A stretch of DNA of 64,000 nucleotides from Naegleria gruberi. Its lineage: Eukaryota. The notes under the pieces are model-generated. The model was not told the DNA's origin, did not search any database, and saw only the letters and a program-made list of their open reading frames with translations. The DNA lies in NCBI GenBank assembly GCA_000004985.1, contig GG738845.1. One strand, 5' to 3'. Below are positions 43,377-54,970 of the stretch, piece after piece. The first letter of the stretch is position 1. Each line of letters starts with the position of its first letter. The position numbers and the translations under genes are program-made.

Positions 43377-45602
43377 TTATCTTTTATTGTAATAGGTATT
43401 ATTATTTTTGCTATTATTATAAGAAGAGGAATTATTATAAGAGGAATAACGAGGAGGAGATGAATCACTTGCAAATGATTTGAGGAAGTAATCAATAAAT
43501 TGTGATGTGATTGGATTGATGGTTTTTCCCTTTTCATTTTGCAGAACAAAAAAGTGAGTTTCATGCACAGCATTATACTTTCTCTTGTGGACATTCTTTT
43601 CATTGTGTTGACTTCCTGTAATATAGGCATGCACATTAGCTCCCAATACATGTTCATGTGTGAGGAAACTAGAACTGCACAATCTTTGTAAACTCAGAGC
43701 ATCCATCCAATTTGGAACCACAATTAGGAATGAAAGAGATTCTGTAGAGTTTGCTAACAGATTTTCCATATGAGATACCATCATTTGCATCAACTCTTCA
43801 CTAAATGGAGGATTAGATTCGAAACTATTTCAATTAGAGTTAATATTATTTAAAAAAACTTACCATCCAGATTTTGGGAAGAATTCAAAAAATCCTCCCA
43901 ACGAACCAAACCAAAAATCTAAATCTCCACAAGCTGAACAAAAATCTACAAAGTATGAATTCAATGGAGAGGCAAAGTTTTCAGAATTTACATTCATATT
44001 CTTATTGAGAGTTTCAAAGACCTCTACAGGACAAGCAGCATGCAGACCTGTTCCTTCAAATCTCTTTTCTCCTGCTCCAAACATGGCTCCATATCTCAAA
44101 AGTAAGCAATATACAAAATAGTCAAATACACAAGTTGTATAGTCGTTCGATCTATTGAAGAAAATATCTTGTAAAACTTCTCTTTTTCTTGAATCATTTG
44201 CAGAGATGATATTCAATCTGTGATGGAAATGTTTTTTCAGCTTTTCATAGTGGCTCATATTTAATTGGTGACTGGTGAGTATATTTGAAAATCTTTGCAC
44301 CCTTTCTCTATTTTCTAGAATTATTTGGAATGGTTCCTCTTTCTTGCTAATTTTTCCACAAATTTGATTCACCTTCTTTGTGTTAAAGTATTTTACAATA
44401 AAATCATACAATGAGTTACAGTCATTGAAATTCTCCAATACTAATTCACTACTATTGAAATGTAAGAGTAATTCATTCTTGATGGAGGTGTGTATCAATT
44501 CATTACTCTTGGTGGCAATAAATTTACAAATATCATCAGCAACATTGAATACCTTTTCTTGTAATGGTTTTCCAACAAGATCTTTCATTTCTTTCAATTT
44601 TTCCATAATTTCGTCCATGTTATTTGCCGAGTTGAGATACTTTTCATAGTTGGAACAATGTTCAACAAGTTTGGATTTCTCCTCCTCAGATAAACTCTTC
44701 CCAATATTGTCCTGATTGATACATTTCCTAGAGGCGTCAATGTATAATTTCAATGAAACTCTTGCTTCTTCTAAATTTCTTGGAAACATGTTTGCCTTCA
44801 TTGGTACGTCATCAAGTATTTCTCTCCTCAAAGATTCACTGCTCGGATCAACTAAATACTTGTCACTGTTACAAAGGAGGGATGGAACAATTGGATCAGT
44901 GAAATAGTCAATAGTTTCAGATTTGAAATTTTCTCTCAATGCCTTGTTTTCCAAAACTTTTCTCTCCAACATCCATCTATTGAATGATTGTTTTGGAACT
45001 TGATCCATATCTAATTTTTCCTTGAGTAACTCTCTTTGGTATTGTCTCAGAGATGTGATCGAAAGACTTCTCTCCAATTCAACCTCCAATCTCGGAACTA
45101 TTCCCAAGAATTTACAAAGTTTAGGATTCAAGTTTTTAGATATTTCCTCGTGCCTAGATAATAAATTAGAGTGTAAATTGTACAAATGGAAATTGGAAAT
45201 GTATTCAAACAAGCTAATACTATTTGTATAATTTCCATTGAAAGCATTCTCAAGAGGAACAATTTGCACTTGATAGAACGCATTATTTGCCAAATCACCA
45301 AGTGTCTTGTCCATAGCAAAATAGAAATTATCCAACTTGGGAGCGTAATTATTAGAACGTTGCTTGTATGATTGTTGTTTATATCCTCCACCACCACTAT
45401 TACCTACATCATAATCACTATACAACCTCTTATCTTCATACCGATCATTTCTATTATTGTATCTAGAAGATGATGACGATGATGATGATGAATAATTATT
45501 GTTGTTGTTGTATGAATTATTATTATACCGAGAGTTTGATGACGAAGAATAATTATTACGATTATTATTATTGTGATTATTTGAACTCATTTTTTTATTC
45601 AA
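43377..45602 (-). CDS. PCIF1/CAPAM-like mRNA cap-specific N6-adenosine methyltransferase homolog; complement(join(43377..43824,43864..45602))
   Basis: Exon 1 (580 aa) has an N/S-rich N-terminus and then a helical domain. The segment LHAACPVEVFETLNKNMNVNSENFASPLNSYFVDFCSACGDLDFWFGSLGGFF matches PCIF1 (LHAALP..VF..L...F.V..ECFASPLNCYF..FCSAFPD.D..FGS.GSFF). A GTAAGT donor at 43863 and a 39-nt intron ending AAATAG lead to exon 2. Exon 2 begins C-FESNPPFSEELMQMMVSHMENLL. NPPF is the N6-MTase catalytic motif, and PCIF1 reads [23 protein letters not shown]. Confidence 0.72.
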
Positions 45603-45791
45603 AATTAAGAATAGATTCCTGGAGGAATCTGTTTTTTAATTTTTATGCAATTAAAGAATTGATGATGAGAATGTTTTCATTCTATGTTGTTAACATTTCA
45701 TCAATATATTAAATTGTTCAAAGTTTTAAACTAGTTTAGTCTTTAGACTTTTCCCGCCTAAATAATTCTTCAAAAATTGATTTTAAAAAAA

Positions 45792-46893
45792 ATGAGCAAA
45801 AGAAAAGCAGACGACATTTCAACAAGTAAATTAACATCACCACCATCAGGTACAACAACGTCTGAGGAGGTCATTGAACCAGTACCTGTACGATCAAGAG
45901 AAAAGAGGAGAGTTGTCCGTAAAGTTACTACTAACAGCACAACAAACGATCAATCAAATAATGTCAACAATACGGAAGTACAACCATCAACCATAATTGT
46001 TACAAATGAGGTGCCATCTGTGGTTACTGTTGTTAAACCAATAACCCAGAAGGAGGAATTTTCCAAGAAGGAGAAGGAAGTATTGGATGAAAATTTTGGT
46101 AAACTCATGTTTACCTTGGGTACCTATTTTCATCGTGGTTTCAGTGACTTTAAGTTGTCTGCAATTAATGAATTATACAAGAATAGTGGAGAACCTTTTG
46201 GTGTTGAAACGTTAAAGATGATTCAATATATTGTTCCTGAACTGTTTACAATTTACTTGAATCATAATCAGGAAATTTGTGTAAATATTAGTAATGACTT
46301 TGAAAAGATTAAAGCCACTATTGTTGGTATGTGGAAGAAGAGAATTGTAACAGTAGAAAAACCACAATCTTTGGAACCACAAATTGAGATCAGAGCCTTG
46401 AATATCACAACAACCAAGCCATTACCAAAAATTGAAAACTCTACAGATAAAACACAACAACCAAAGAAATCTATTGAAGAAATGCTCAAAGAAAATGACA
46501 GAAAAGAGCAAGAAGAATTTGAAAGAGCAAAGATTCTCTCTAAAAAATTTGAAATTGACCGAGTGATAGAAACTTTACTAATCATGTTTACGTAAGTAGT
46601 ATTGATATCTCAAGTTCTCTATAATTTTTTTCAGTATTTTGAAAATGAAAAAGAAATTCAGAATGGACTTGAACACTCTAGTTCAAGAATTGAAAAATCG
46701 ATATACTAAGGAAATCTCTGTTCAAGAATTGAGAACACATTTGGAGCTGTTGTGTAAGCATGTTCCAACATTATTCACTTTGAACTCTTTTGGAAATCTC
46801 AAAGTATTTGAAATGTCCAAAGATGCCAAGTTTGAAAATGCTAAAAAAAGTTTGGAAGAAAGTATGTCGAGGGACAAAAATTGCTGCTACTAA
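45792..46893 (+). CDS. hypothetical nuclear protein, possibly Cdt1-like replication licensing factor; join(45792..46591,46635..46893)
   Basis: The first ATG is at 45792 in an AAAAAAAATG context, since the track M at 45777 is TTG. A GTAAGT donor at 46592 and a 43-nt intron ending TTTTTTTCAG lead to exon 2. Exon 2 ISVQELRTHLELLCKHVPTLFTL resembles the Cdt1 C-terminal [23 protein letters not shown]. The central region weakly resembles the Cdt1 core. Confidence 0.42.
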
Positions 46894-47303
46894 CCTTACA
46901 GTATTGTATCCTCTATTATTGAATTGTATCAAAAATAATTTAACTTTGGAATTATTTTCAAAATAGAATGCAATATCCAAAGCGTTTTGAGTAGTTAAAC
47001 TAATTGGAGAAGAGACCACTATCAAAAGCTCACAAATATTTTCGAAATATTCTTAGTTTATTGGTGGATTGTTCATCCATTGAAATCCAATAAATTTTTA
47101 ACGAATGTTTAATGGTAAGATTCTAGCTTAGTTTTCCTTTCATGTCCTTACCATGAAATTGTCTTCCACCATAGATGGTGTTCATGATTGATGAAGTACG
47201 AAACGAATGAGATTGTTAACTTATGAGACTGTTAACCGTTGTAACAAATTTTACTCCTTTTGTGCTTTCACTTTAAAGAGCTCTCCATTTCACTCGGAAA
47301 AAA

Positions 47304-48725
47304 ATGGCAAAACCAATTTTCTCCCTTTTCACATTAAAGGCAGAGGTATTGCTGTTGATGGTGCTCCTTCTTCTTTTTACTTCACAAACTTTCCAACAAA
47401 CATGTGAAAGTTTCTTGTTTTCAGAAAACGAATCTCCACCAGAAAGAGCTTTCTGTCCAATTTCTTTTGTCAATTTGGACAACAAGTGCCAATCTTTCAC
47501 AACCATTAACAAGCAGAAGAAAGGTAGTACATGTTCAACAAAATCTGATTGTTATTTCGCTTATATGAATTGTGTCAATCAAAAATGTGTTCCCATGCTA
47601 AGACTACCAGGTGATTCTTGTGTCGATGACAATCAATGTTTGTTTAATATTGTTCCTGCCAATAGAAAAACCATGGTTGATATGGTCAGACCAAAATGTA
47701 TCAACAATAAGTGTCAATTGTACAAAGTTGTGAAGAGAAATGATGGAGAAGAGTGTTTTGTTGATGACAACATCAATACAGTGTATGATTGCAAAGATGG
47801 ATATGTATGTTATAAGTGTTGTGAATCCTGGAAACCAGTCAAGAGTAAATGTGTTCCAAAAGTAAAGGCAAAGAAGGGTGAAAGTTGTTCGAATCCTTCT
47901 GCAGACAATTCCATTATTCCAACTTTCAAGATTTGTGAAAGTGGCTTGTATTGTAAAACAATGAATGATGGAAGTCAATTGTGTACTGAAACACTTCCCA
48001 AGGGAGCCAACTGTGCAAATTCAGAATCTGTATGTGAAGAAGGCACAATTTGTCGTCAAAATTCACCAAGTGATAAAACAATGACTTGTCAAAAGAGCGC
48101 TAGTTATGGAGAGAGTTGTGTTTTGAATTCTGATTGTACTCACAGTTCATCAGCTCTAGTCAGGTGTTACAATAACAAATGTACAAGATGGTACGGAATA
48201 GAAATCAATGGAATTTGTAAGGCAAATGACGAATGTTATTCTGGCTACTGCTCTACTGCTGGTAAATGTGCAGAAAGACCAAGTACACCATGTTCTGGAT
48301 CCGCTTACTGTCAAAACAGTAATTATAATAATTATTGTGCATGTGGAGGTAAGAGTTCATCAAATAGTCCAGGAAAATGTGTAGACAGTTGTTTAGGAGC
48401 AATGATTGATGTAACAACCTGCCTATACAATCAAGGATTATTAGGAAGTGATTTTTATGGAGGATTGGGTTTTCTTCAATATGTAGATGAAGATAGTTCA
48501 TTATTTACTAGATGTAGATATGCCTTCTCAAGACATTATTCTTGTTTGAGAAAATCATGGATTGCTGCTGGAATTCCAACTAAAGGAGACATGGCAGGAA
48601 TTGATTTGGATGCTTATTCGGTTGATGCAAGTCCAATTGTACCAGACGAAGCAAATCAACATCAAATTTCTTTTGGATTGATTTTCATTATTATGATTTT
48701 AATCAATTTTGTAATTTTACAATAA
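47304..48725 (+). CDS. secreted cysteine-rich repeat protein with C-terminal hydrophobic (GPI-anchor/TM-like) tail
   Basis: The protein has a signal peptide MAKPIFSLFTLKAEVLLLMVLLLLF. About 60 Cys are arranged in repeated C-x(n)-C-x-C modules, such as NKCQ, NQKCVP and NNKCQLY. The C-terminus is ISFGLIFIIMILINFVILQ. Confidence 0.6.
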   Translation: MAKPIFSLFTLKAEVLLLMVLLLLFTSQTFQQTCESFLFSENESPPERAFCPISFVNLDNKCQSFTTINKQKKGSTCSTKSDCYFAYMNCVNQKCVPMLRLPGDSCVDDNQCLFNIVPANRKTMVDMVRPKCINNKCQLYKVVKRNDGEECFVDDNINTVYDCKDGYVCYKCCESWKPVKSKCVPKVKAKKGESCSNPSADNSIIPTFKICESGLYCKTMNDGSQLCTETLPKGANCANSESVCEEGTICRQNSPSDKTMTCQKSASYGESCVLNSDCTHSSSALVRCYNNKCTRWYGIEINGICKANDECYSGYCSTAGKCAERPSTPCSGSAYCQNSNYNNYCACGGKSSSNSPGKCVDSCLGAMIDVTTCLYNQGLLGSDFYGGLGFLQYVDEDSSLFTRCRYAFSRHYSCLRKSWIAAGIPTKGDMAGIDLDAYSVDASPIVPDEANQHQISFGLIFIIMILINFVILQ

Positions 48726-49242
48726 ATTTATCTAATCACAAAATGTCCGTTACTTTCGTGTCCAAATTTAAATTTATTTTGGTTTAAACAACTCCCAAAC
48801 AATATCAGAACGTAAAACCTATCTCTATTTAGTTAGATATTGGTGAATGTTTAATTCTGAGGGAAGTGAAGAATGGAAATAAATGCTGAGCTTGTCTTTA
48901 TCAATGCCCTTCCAGACTACATAATATTATTAAAAGAAGACTTTATTTATAATAATTATAAAGCTAATTTAGAAATAATTAAATTAAAAACTGAACATTA
49001 TTATGATTTTTATATTAGTGTTGAAGGTATTGTATGTCCTTTCCAAATTGCCAAAATTTTTTCCAAACAATTCATAAAAACTGACAAGGAATTAGTTAAA
49101 TCCATATCAAAATCTCTGGCACTTATGTTATTTGATTACTGAAGTCCTATTTGCAAAATTGTTGTTTATTATTTATTATTGGTGAGGTAATATCTAATCC
49201 AAACCTTATCATTGGATTTTCTTAACATATAGTACAAATAAT

Positions 49243-51327
49243 TTATTGTTGAATCTTTTCCTTGACAACCTCAAATATTTCATAAAGAGTGTCCCAATCA
49301 GGATTAATAAAGTAACACCACCTACATGTCCAATCCATTTGAGTAAAATACAACCCTCCAAATATAGCAAAATAGGAGAACAATAAGCCAGCGCTGACAA
49401 TTCTGACCCACAATGTGAATTTTCCCACCCTTCTCGTTTTTTCACTACAACAAAAGAAGCAACAGCAAAAGAATGCAGAGCATGCATATAATAGTTTGAA
49501 AGGTTTTGATTTTGAGAAATTCTTCCACTTGGAGGGTTTTCCATTCTCCAAATCCAAGTTTTCCTCCCCATCTTCATTACTAGAATTTCCAAGAAGTTTT
49601 CTCCTTTGAGGTGTCTTATTGTTCAAATCTTTCTGTTGAGCTGCTTGTTCTTCATATGGATTTGGATGTCTCATTCGTGGAATGAAAATCATTGTGGATA
49701 AGAAACCAACAAGTAATCCTCCAACGTGAGCAAAATTATCAATCCAAGGAATTAATCCAACAATTACCTGAGCGACAACTTGAATGGTAATTAGAATGAA
49801 ATCTCTTTTTGGACTTGGCATGTACCTCCAATTCATCCATAAATCTGCATAAATGCCTCCGAGAATTCCAAATAGAGAACTTGAGGCTCCAACTGTGACA
49901 ATTTCTGGAAGAAAAAGAGCACTCAATAGATTGCCACCAACACCACTAATGAGATAAATGAAGCAAACAAAGATACATCCCCAATGTCGTTCAAGTGGGA
50001 GCATGACTGACATTTGCCACATCATATTGAGGCACAAGTGAACTATTCCACCATGAAGAAATATTGGAGTGAGTAATCTATAGACTTGCCAATTGGGAGA
50101 AATAATCAAAGTACCTTGTTTGGCTCCCAATTGCACAAGAGTTGCTTCTGGTGGGCCAATTAATGGATTGACCAAGATGGACTCAAGTCCACCTAATCCA
50201 ACACTCACTGCAAACATTATTATTTGAACAATGGTCAATCCAATTGTGAGGAATGGTGTCTTTTTGTGTTCCTGATTGACAGTTCTATTGACAAGGAATG
50301 GATTTTTACTGTCTTTCATGAACTTGCTTGAAAAGTAATTGGAAACAAAGTTTTTGGATGGTTTCTGGAGGAGAACGTCATCTTGTAAATCATTTTCATC
50401 CATTACATCACCCAGAGATTGTCCATTTCCTCTTTCAAACATCAATTCTGGTGTTTCACTATTGGAATTCGATTTGCCCTTATCCTGTTTTTGAAATCCA
50501 AAAGAGTTAATTTCCTGTCTCATTCTCTTAATCTTATCATCCCATTTCTGCTTTCTTTTGAGTTGCTTAACTTGTTGTGGACTTTGTCTCTTTGGGTTGC
50601 TTGTTGGAGATGAACTTCCTTGATTCCTAGGAGAATCGTGAAGATTGAGTGGGGATGGCATTGGTGAGGAGGGAATGAGATTCCTCGTTGAGGATGCATT
50701 CGATACAGGTGATGAATAATCCACTGCACTTGGAGATTGTGATAAAATCGAAGAGTTGGAAATATTGAGTGGACCAGCACTTTGTTCCTTTAACAATTTT
50801 CTCCTAAAGAACCCTGAGAGTCCACCACCAGAATGTTTCGATTGTTGTTGTGGAGCGAGTTCTCTGGTTTTCTTTTTGGGAGTGGAATTTGCAGAGTTGG
50901 ATTCAAGATCGTTGTGGAGTGGAATTTCTTCAATTTCATCAGTCATTACCATGTCCATCAGTTCCAACATGATTGAATCGGGTCTTCTCACTCGAGGCAG
51001 GGAAGAGCTACTGCTTCTGTTTGATGACTCATTCACTCTGAGAGCTGAATAGGAGCCAGGTATACCATCAGTGTTGTTATTTACATGGTGTTCATTAGAG
51101 GAAGATTGTGGAATACTTGATGATGAAGAAGATGACGGAGGTTTTGGAACTGGCCTCAGACTAATGACATTCTCTGTAAGCTCCACAGAGATGACATCTT
51201 CAGAGGATGAAACTGATGACGAGTTTGATGTTGTAGTTGGAGGTTTATGAGAACTTAGGGAAGAGAAGGTAACACTATTCGATGGAAATGCAAATGAGTA
51301 GTTGGTACTAGTATTCGTTGAGTGCAT
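49243..51327 (-). CDS. rhomboid-family intramembrane serine protease with long S/P-rich N-terminal cytosolic region
   Basis: The C-terminal third has 6-7 TM helices. The catalytic-Ser helix is VGASSSLFGILGG (rhomboid GxSxxxFG), and the His helix is AHVGGLLVGFL. The about 390-aa N-terminus is low complexity. The extreme C-terminus CSAFFCCCFFCCSEK is Cys-dense. Confidence 0.75.
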   Translation of the reverse strand: MHSTNTSTNYSFAFPSNSVTFSSLSSHKPPTTTSNSSSVSSSEDVISVELTENVISLRPVPKPPSSSSSSSIPQSSSNEHHVNNNTDGIPGSYSALRVNESSNRSSSSSLPRVRRPDSIMLELMDMVMTDEIEEIPLHNDLESNSANSTPKKKTRELAPQQQSKHSGGGLSGFFRRKLLKEQSAGPLNISNSSILSQSPSAVDYSSPVSNASSTRNLIPSSPMPSPLNLHDSPRNQGSSSPTSNPKRQSPQQVKQLKRKQKWDDKIKRMRQEINSFGFQKQDKGKSNSNSETPELMFERGNGQSLGDVMDENDLQDDVLLQKPSKNFVSNYFSSKFMKDSKNPFLVNRTVNQEHKKTPFLTIGLTIVQIIMFAVSVGLGGLESILVNPLIGPPEATLVQLGAKQGTLIISPNWQVYRLLTPIFLHGGIVHLCLNMMWQMSVMLPLERHWGCIFVCFIYLISGVGGNLLSALFLPEIVTVGASSSLFGILGGIYADLWMNWRYMPSPKRDFILITIQVVAQVIVGLIPWIDNFAHVGGLLVGFLSTMIFIPRMRHPNPYEEQAAQQKDLNNKTPQRRKLLGNSSNEDGEENLDLENGKPSKWKNFSKSKPFKLLYACSAFFCCCFFCCSEKTRRVGKFTLWVRIVSAGLLFSYFAIFGGLYFTQMDWTCRWCYFINPDWDTLYEIFEVVKEKIQQ

Positions 51328-51747
51328 TATCTGAGTGTATATTTTTTTAACTGTTAAATATTTTCAAAAAATTAATTCAAAATAGGAAATCCCTTAATTA
51401 AGGAAATGACAGAACATTGAGAATCAGTAAAATCTGATATGGTAGCGGATTTTTTTCTATCTATTCTGCTAAAGTTATGAACCTAGTTGCCACTTATTTT
51501 ACTTATTTTATTGTTGTGCACAATGATAATAGTTTGCTGGTTGACACTTATTATTAAGGTGATTCATTCTATTGCATACGTTTAGTTTTGCCACTTTAGT
51601 GGGATGATTTCGTATCTAATATCTTTAATGGAGGTCAGAAACCTTGCCTCGCCGAGTGAACGATTGTTAGTTCTTAATGTGTTAACCAATATTTTTGAAA
51701 ATTCCATAATTCACCTGTGTAAATGTGAATATTTCTAATCTCAATCA

Positions 51748-52962
51748 CTAGTCAATCAAGTCAACATTTGAAACGTCTTCAGTACTAAAGGGAGTTACAG
51801 GAGTTACAGCATCACTACTCGAATAATGGTTTTGTGATTTTTCTTCCTCCTCTTGCTCTTCCTCATCAACAACAGTTGCCACAAATGGTGTAACAACATC
51901 ATTACTCTGCTCTGTTCCTGAAAAAGGAGAAGTACTTCTTGTAAAGAGTGTAGAACTTTTAGGTCTATCTTCAACATCTTCATCACCGTTCGCTGGTGTG
52001 ACAACATTGGTTTTTGGAGGGGATTTATGAAGATCTTGAGCTGATTTAGTCATGGTTGCAGTGCCCAATCTATATGCCGTTGCAGGAACATTTGTAAAAG
52101 CATCCACAGTTAAAATCCTTGCAGCAGATGCGCCGTGAGGTGAATAAGTGTAAAAAGAATCCAAATTGGTTGGTGTTAAGGTTGTTGGTGTTGGTGGAAC
52201 ATGAAGAAAGTCTTGATAATCCTCCGATGTTACTTGAGAACCAAGTCTAATGAGCCTCAGAGTGACATCTTGGACGATCGTTACCTCCATCCAATGCCCC
52301 ACCATGATCGAATTTGAAACAGTTTGTTTGAATTTATAATAAACCACCCACTCCAATCCATATTTCAATAATTTTTCATTTTCCTTCTCCAACATTTTCC
52401 TTATCCTCGTTTTTACATTCTTATCATATCGCCTCATATATCTCATCTTTAGTAGTGGTGCAATGTAAATTAAAAAGACAAATATGAAACCTCCAATGAA
52501 AAAAGTGAAAATGAATAAGAAAATAAATAGTATCAACATGATATAATAGAATCGATCATATTGTTCCATTCTAGTTTCATAATGTTTCAAAATAAAATTG
52601 AGAGGTGAAATAATACTTTCATTGGCAGTTGAAAAGAAATCCTCTGCATTTGGAATTCCTTCTCCACTCAATTCCTCAATCAGTATTCTTGATGGCCGTA
52701 TCGTTAATGGTGATCCACAAAATTTCCTTGTACCCTCATAGACAATTTCCATCTGAGGTCCACCAAATGGATATTGCTTAATGTTAGTAGAGTTGTTTAA
52801 AAATCGAGAACTTGATACAGCCGAATCGGAACGAAGAATGGGATGTTTTATAAAACTCTGATTGGGTACTAATAAGGATGCATGGCTGAGTGAGGGCACA
52901 AAGAGTGAAAAGTTAGATTTCGAAGAACCTGCATCCGTGGCAGTTGTGGTTGTTGTGGTCAT
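51748..52962 (-). CDS. hypothetical membrane protein (central double TM hairpin)
   Basis: The 404-aa ORF has a T-rich N-terminus and a hydrophobic block YYIMLILFIFLFIFTFFIGGFIFVFLIYIAPLL. The C-terminus is acidic and T/P-rich. Confidence 0.5.
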   Translation of the reverse strand: MTTTTTTATDAGSSKSNFSLFVPSLSHASLLVPNQSFIKHPILRSDSAVSSSRFLNNSTNIKQYPFGGPQMEIVYEGTRKFCGSPLTIRPSRILIEELSGEGIPNAEDFFSTANESIISPLNFILKHYETRMEQYDRFYYIMLILFIFLFIFTFFIGGFIFVFLIYIAPLLKMRYMRRYDKNVKTRIRKMLEKENEKLLKYGLEWVVYYKFKQTVSNSIMVGHWMEVTIVQDVTLRLIRLGSQVTSEDYQDFLHVPPTPTTLTPTNLDSFYTYSPHGASAARILTVDAFTNVPATAYRLGTATMTKSAQDLHKSPPKTNVVTPANGDEDVEDRPKSSTLFTRSTSPFSGTEQSNDVVTPFVATVVDEEEQEEEEKSQNHYSSSDAVTPVTPFSTEDVSNVDLID

Positions 52963-53302
52963 TGTTTTTTATGAATGATGTGAAGGATGATAATTTAGAG
53001 TGTGGTGGTTTTGGGGGTGTTGATGAACCTGTTGTTAACATGAACAGGTTTGGTGTTTTTTTACAAGTATGAATTCGTCGGTTATTCTGTTATTGAGGAA
53101 CAATGATTGACGAACTGAGATTTGACAAAGTTGTTAACAACCAACTGCACTGGCAAGTTGTTTTTGTTAGGTGTGCGCTGTTAGCATGCTATTTGTTATT
53201 TAACATATTTAGAAAGATAACTTCATTGCTACCAATAATCTTTCCAATTCAATCATTGTCATATAGAATAGTTATTATTTTAAACTGTGGCGGGAAAGAA
53301 AA

Positions 53303-54970
53303 ATGATTTGCAAATGGCGCCAAAACATGTACAAAAAAATGTTTCAATTCCCTCAGAGCAGAGAAGATTTCATGCTCTTTGTTCAGCAGGTGGCGAGGGA
53401 GGATGTAAAGAAGTGTCTGGCTGGTATCACAACCACTCATCCCGAGTTGGTGCAACAATTTGTGAGTGTTTCACCAAAGCAACAACCCTCTCCGACACTT
53501 TATCAACAACCTCCTTTCATACAACAGCAACCTGTAATATCTAATAATCAACCATCTTCATCTCCTCCTCCAAAATTCTCCTCTTATTCAACCACACCAG
53601 CAACTAGTAATCAGGAATATACATCACATCTTTCTAGAAATGTCTCAACGAATCAAAATACAGCTCCTTCTCAAACTAAGAATAATCCAACACCAAACTC
53701 TAATCATCAACAACATGTAAATACTCCCAACAGATCCAGCACAACAACTCCAAAAACAGTGTCACCCAATAGTAAGCGAGTTCAACCACCAGTAGCTGCA
53801 ACAAATAAATCTGCATTGAAAGACAAGTCGCCCTCGCCTAATGAAAAGGTGAAGAAATCACCAACAGAAGGAAAACAGGTGACAATCTCCGAGAGACTAC
53901 TAAAGCCAACCATATCAATGCAGAAAAAGTTTGAAAAAGGTCAAGTTAAAAAGCCAACTTCTGAAAAACAATTTAAGGACCTAAGAAAGGAGCAAAACAA
54001 GTCAACTTCCTTATTATTAAAGAAGAAACCTATTACTCCAAAGAAGGATGCTAAAAAATCGAGCCCAAAACAAAATATTTCAAAAACTGTCTCTAACGAA
54101 AGTAATATCAGCACAGCAGAAAGGGAACAGGAAAATTCTGAAGACGAATCAAACATTGACAATTCTCAAGAAGAGGAATATCATGAAGAAATTATTGAAA
54201 CCAATTTGGATATTAGTAATATTTCGAATGATCCTTCAGAATCATATCATTCAAATGAATCTCAATCAACAACACCTAAGAAATCTCAACCTGCTTCAGC
54301 AAGTTCTTCACCTAAAAATCAGAATTCTTCCACGAATTCCATCCAACAACCTCCATCACCAAAAATATCACCTAAGAGAGAAGTTTCTCAGCCAGTAATT
54401 GTGAATCAATCAAACAGTGTACAATCCAAACCTTCCGAAAAATCCCTTATTTCCAATCAAACTCAACCCATCAACAGGACAAGTCCAACAAAAAGCAACA
54501 CCACAAATAACAATTCTGAACAGCCATCAATTTCTTCAATTTCAAATCATTCGAATAATCCTCAATACGATCAATTGGAAGAGATGGTTCTTAATGACCT
54601 CCTCAACGAGCTTGTAAGAGAAGAACACTTGGCAAACAAGAAACGAGCTCATCAAGAAATCAAACTGATTGAAAAAAAGAATCAACAAAACGACAAGTAT
54701 GACGAAATTCTAAAGCTATTAACTCAATTAGAACAGGACGAACAGTCGATACGAAAGAGATTTACGAATAAGAATTATTTATTGGACAGCACAATGAATA
54801 GTGAGACAAGTACAAGTACAACAGAGGAGGTGGGCGAGGAGGGGACATATGATGGGCTTGGTGTAGAAACTATCAAAACTATTCAAAAATTCAAAAGAAG
54901 AAACAAGAAATATTTTGAAGCGTTTTGTAGACCTCACGATTTATCTATTGATACTTTAATGCAAGTGTAA
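53303..54970 (+). CDS. S/T/P/N/Q-rich low-complexity protein with N-terminal CUE/UBA-like motif and C-terminal coiled coil
   Basis: The 555-aa ORF from an AAAAATG start begins KKMFQFPQSREDFMLFVQQVAREDVKKCLAGI, which carries a CUE-like MFP motif. A long disordered region follows, and the C-terminus is heptad-like. A GTAAGT site at the stop codon suggests a possible short 3' exon (see findings). Confidence 0.5.
   Translation: MICKWRQNMYKKMFQFPQSREDFMLFVQQVAREDVKKCLAGITTTHPELVQQFVSVSPKQQPSPTLYQQPPFIQQQPVISNNQPSSSPPPKFSSYSTTPATSNQEYTSHLSRNVSTNQNTAPSQTKNNPTPNSNHQQHVNTPNRSSTTTPKTVSPNSKRVQPPVAATNKSALKDKSPSPNEKVKKSPTEGKQVTISERLLKPTISMQKKFEKGQVKKPTSEKQFKDLRKEQNKSTSLLLKKKPITPKKDAKKSSPKQNISKTVSNESNISTAEREQENSEDESNIDNSQEEEYHEEIIETNLDISNISNDPSESYHSNESQSTTPKKSQPASASSSPKNQNSSTNSIQQPPSPKISPKREVSQPVIVNQSNSVQSKPSEKSLISNQTQPINRTSPTKSNTTNNNSEQPSISSISNHSNNPQYDQLEEMVLNDLLNELVREEHLANKKRAHQEIKLIEKKNQQNDKYDEILKLLTQLEQDEQSIRKRFTNKNYLLDSTMNSETSTSTTEEVGEEGTYDGLGVETIKTIQKFKRRNKKYFEAFCRPHDLSIDTLMQV

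Noticed and set aside
47095-47300. Possible small ncRNA / C-D snoRNA-like element upstream of the Cys-rich gene (inverted repeat ATGGTAAG...CTTACCAT, a TGATGA box, and twin GTTAAC palindromes)
   Set aside because: There is no CTGA D box or D' box in register, and no terminal stem bracketing a C/D pair. It is most likely 5' UTR or promoter. A weak hairpin alone is insufficient.
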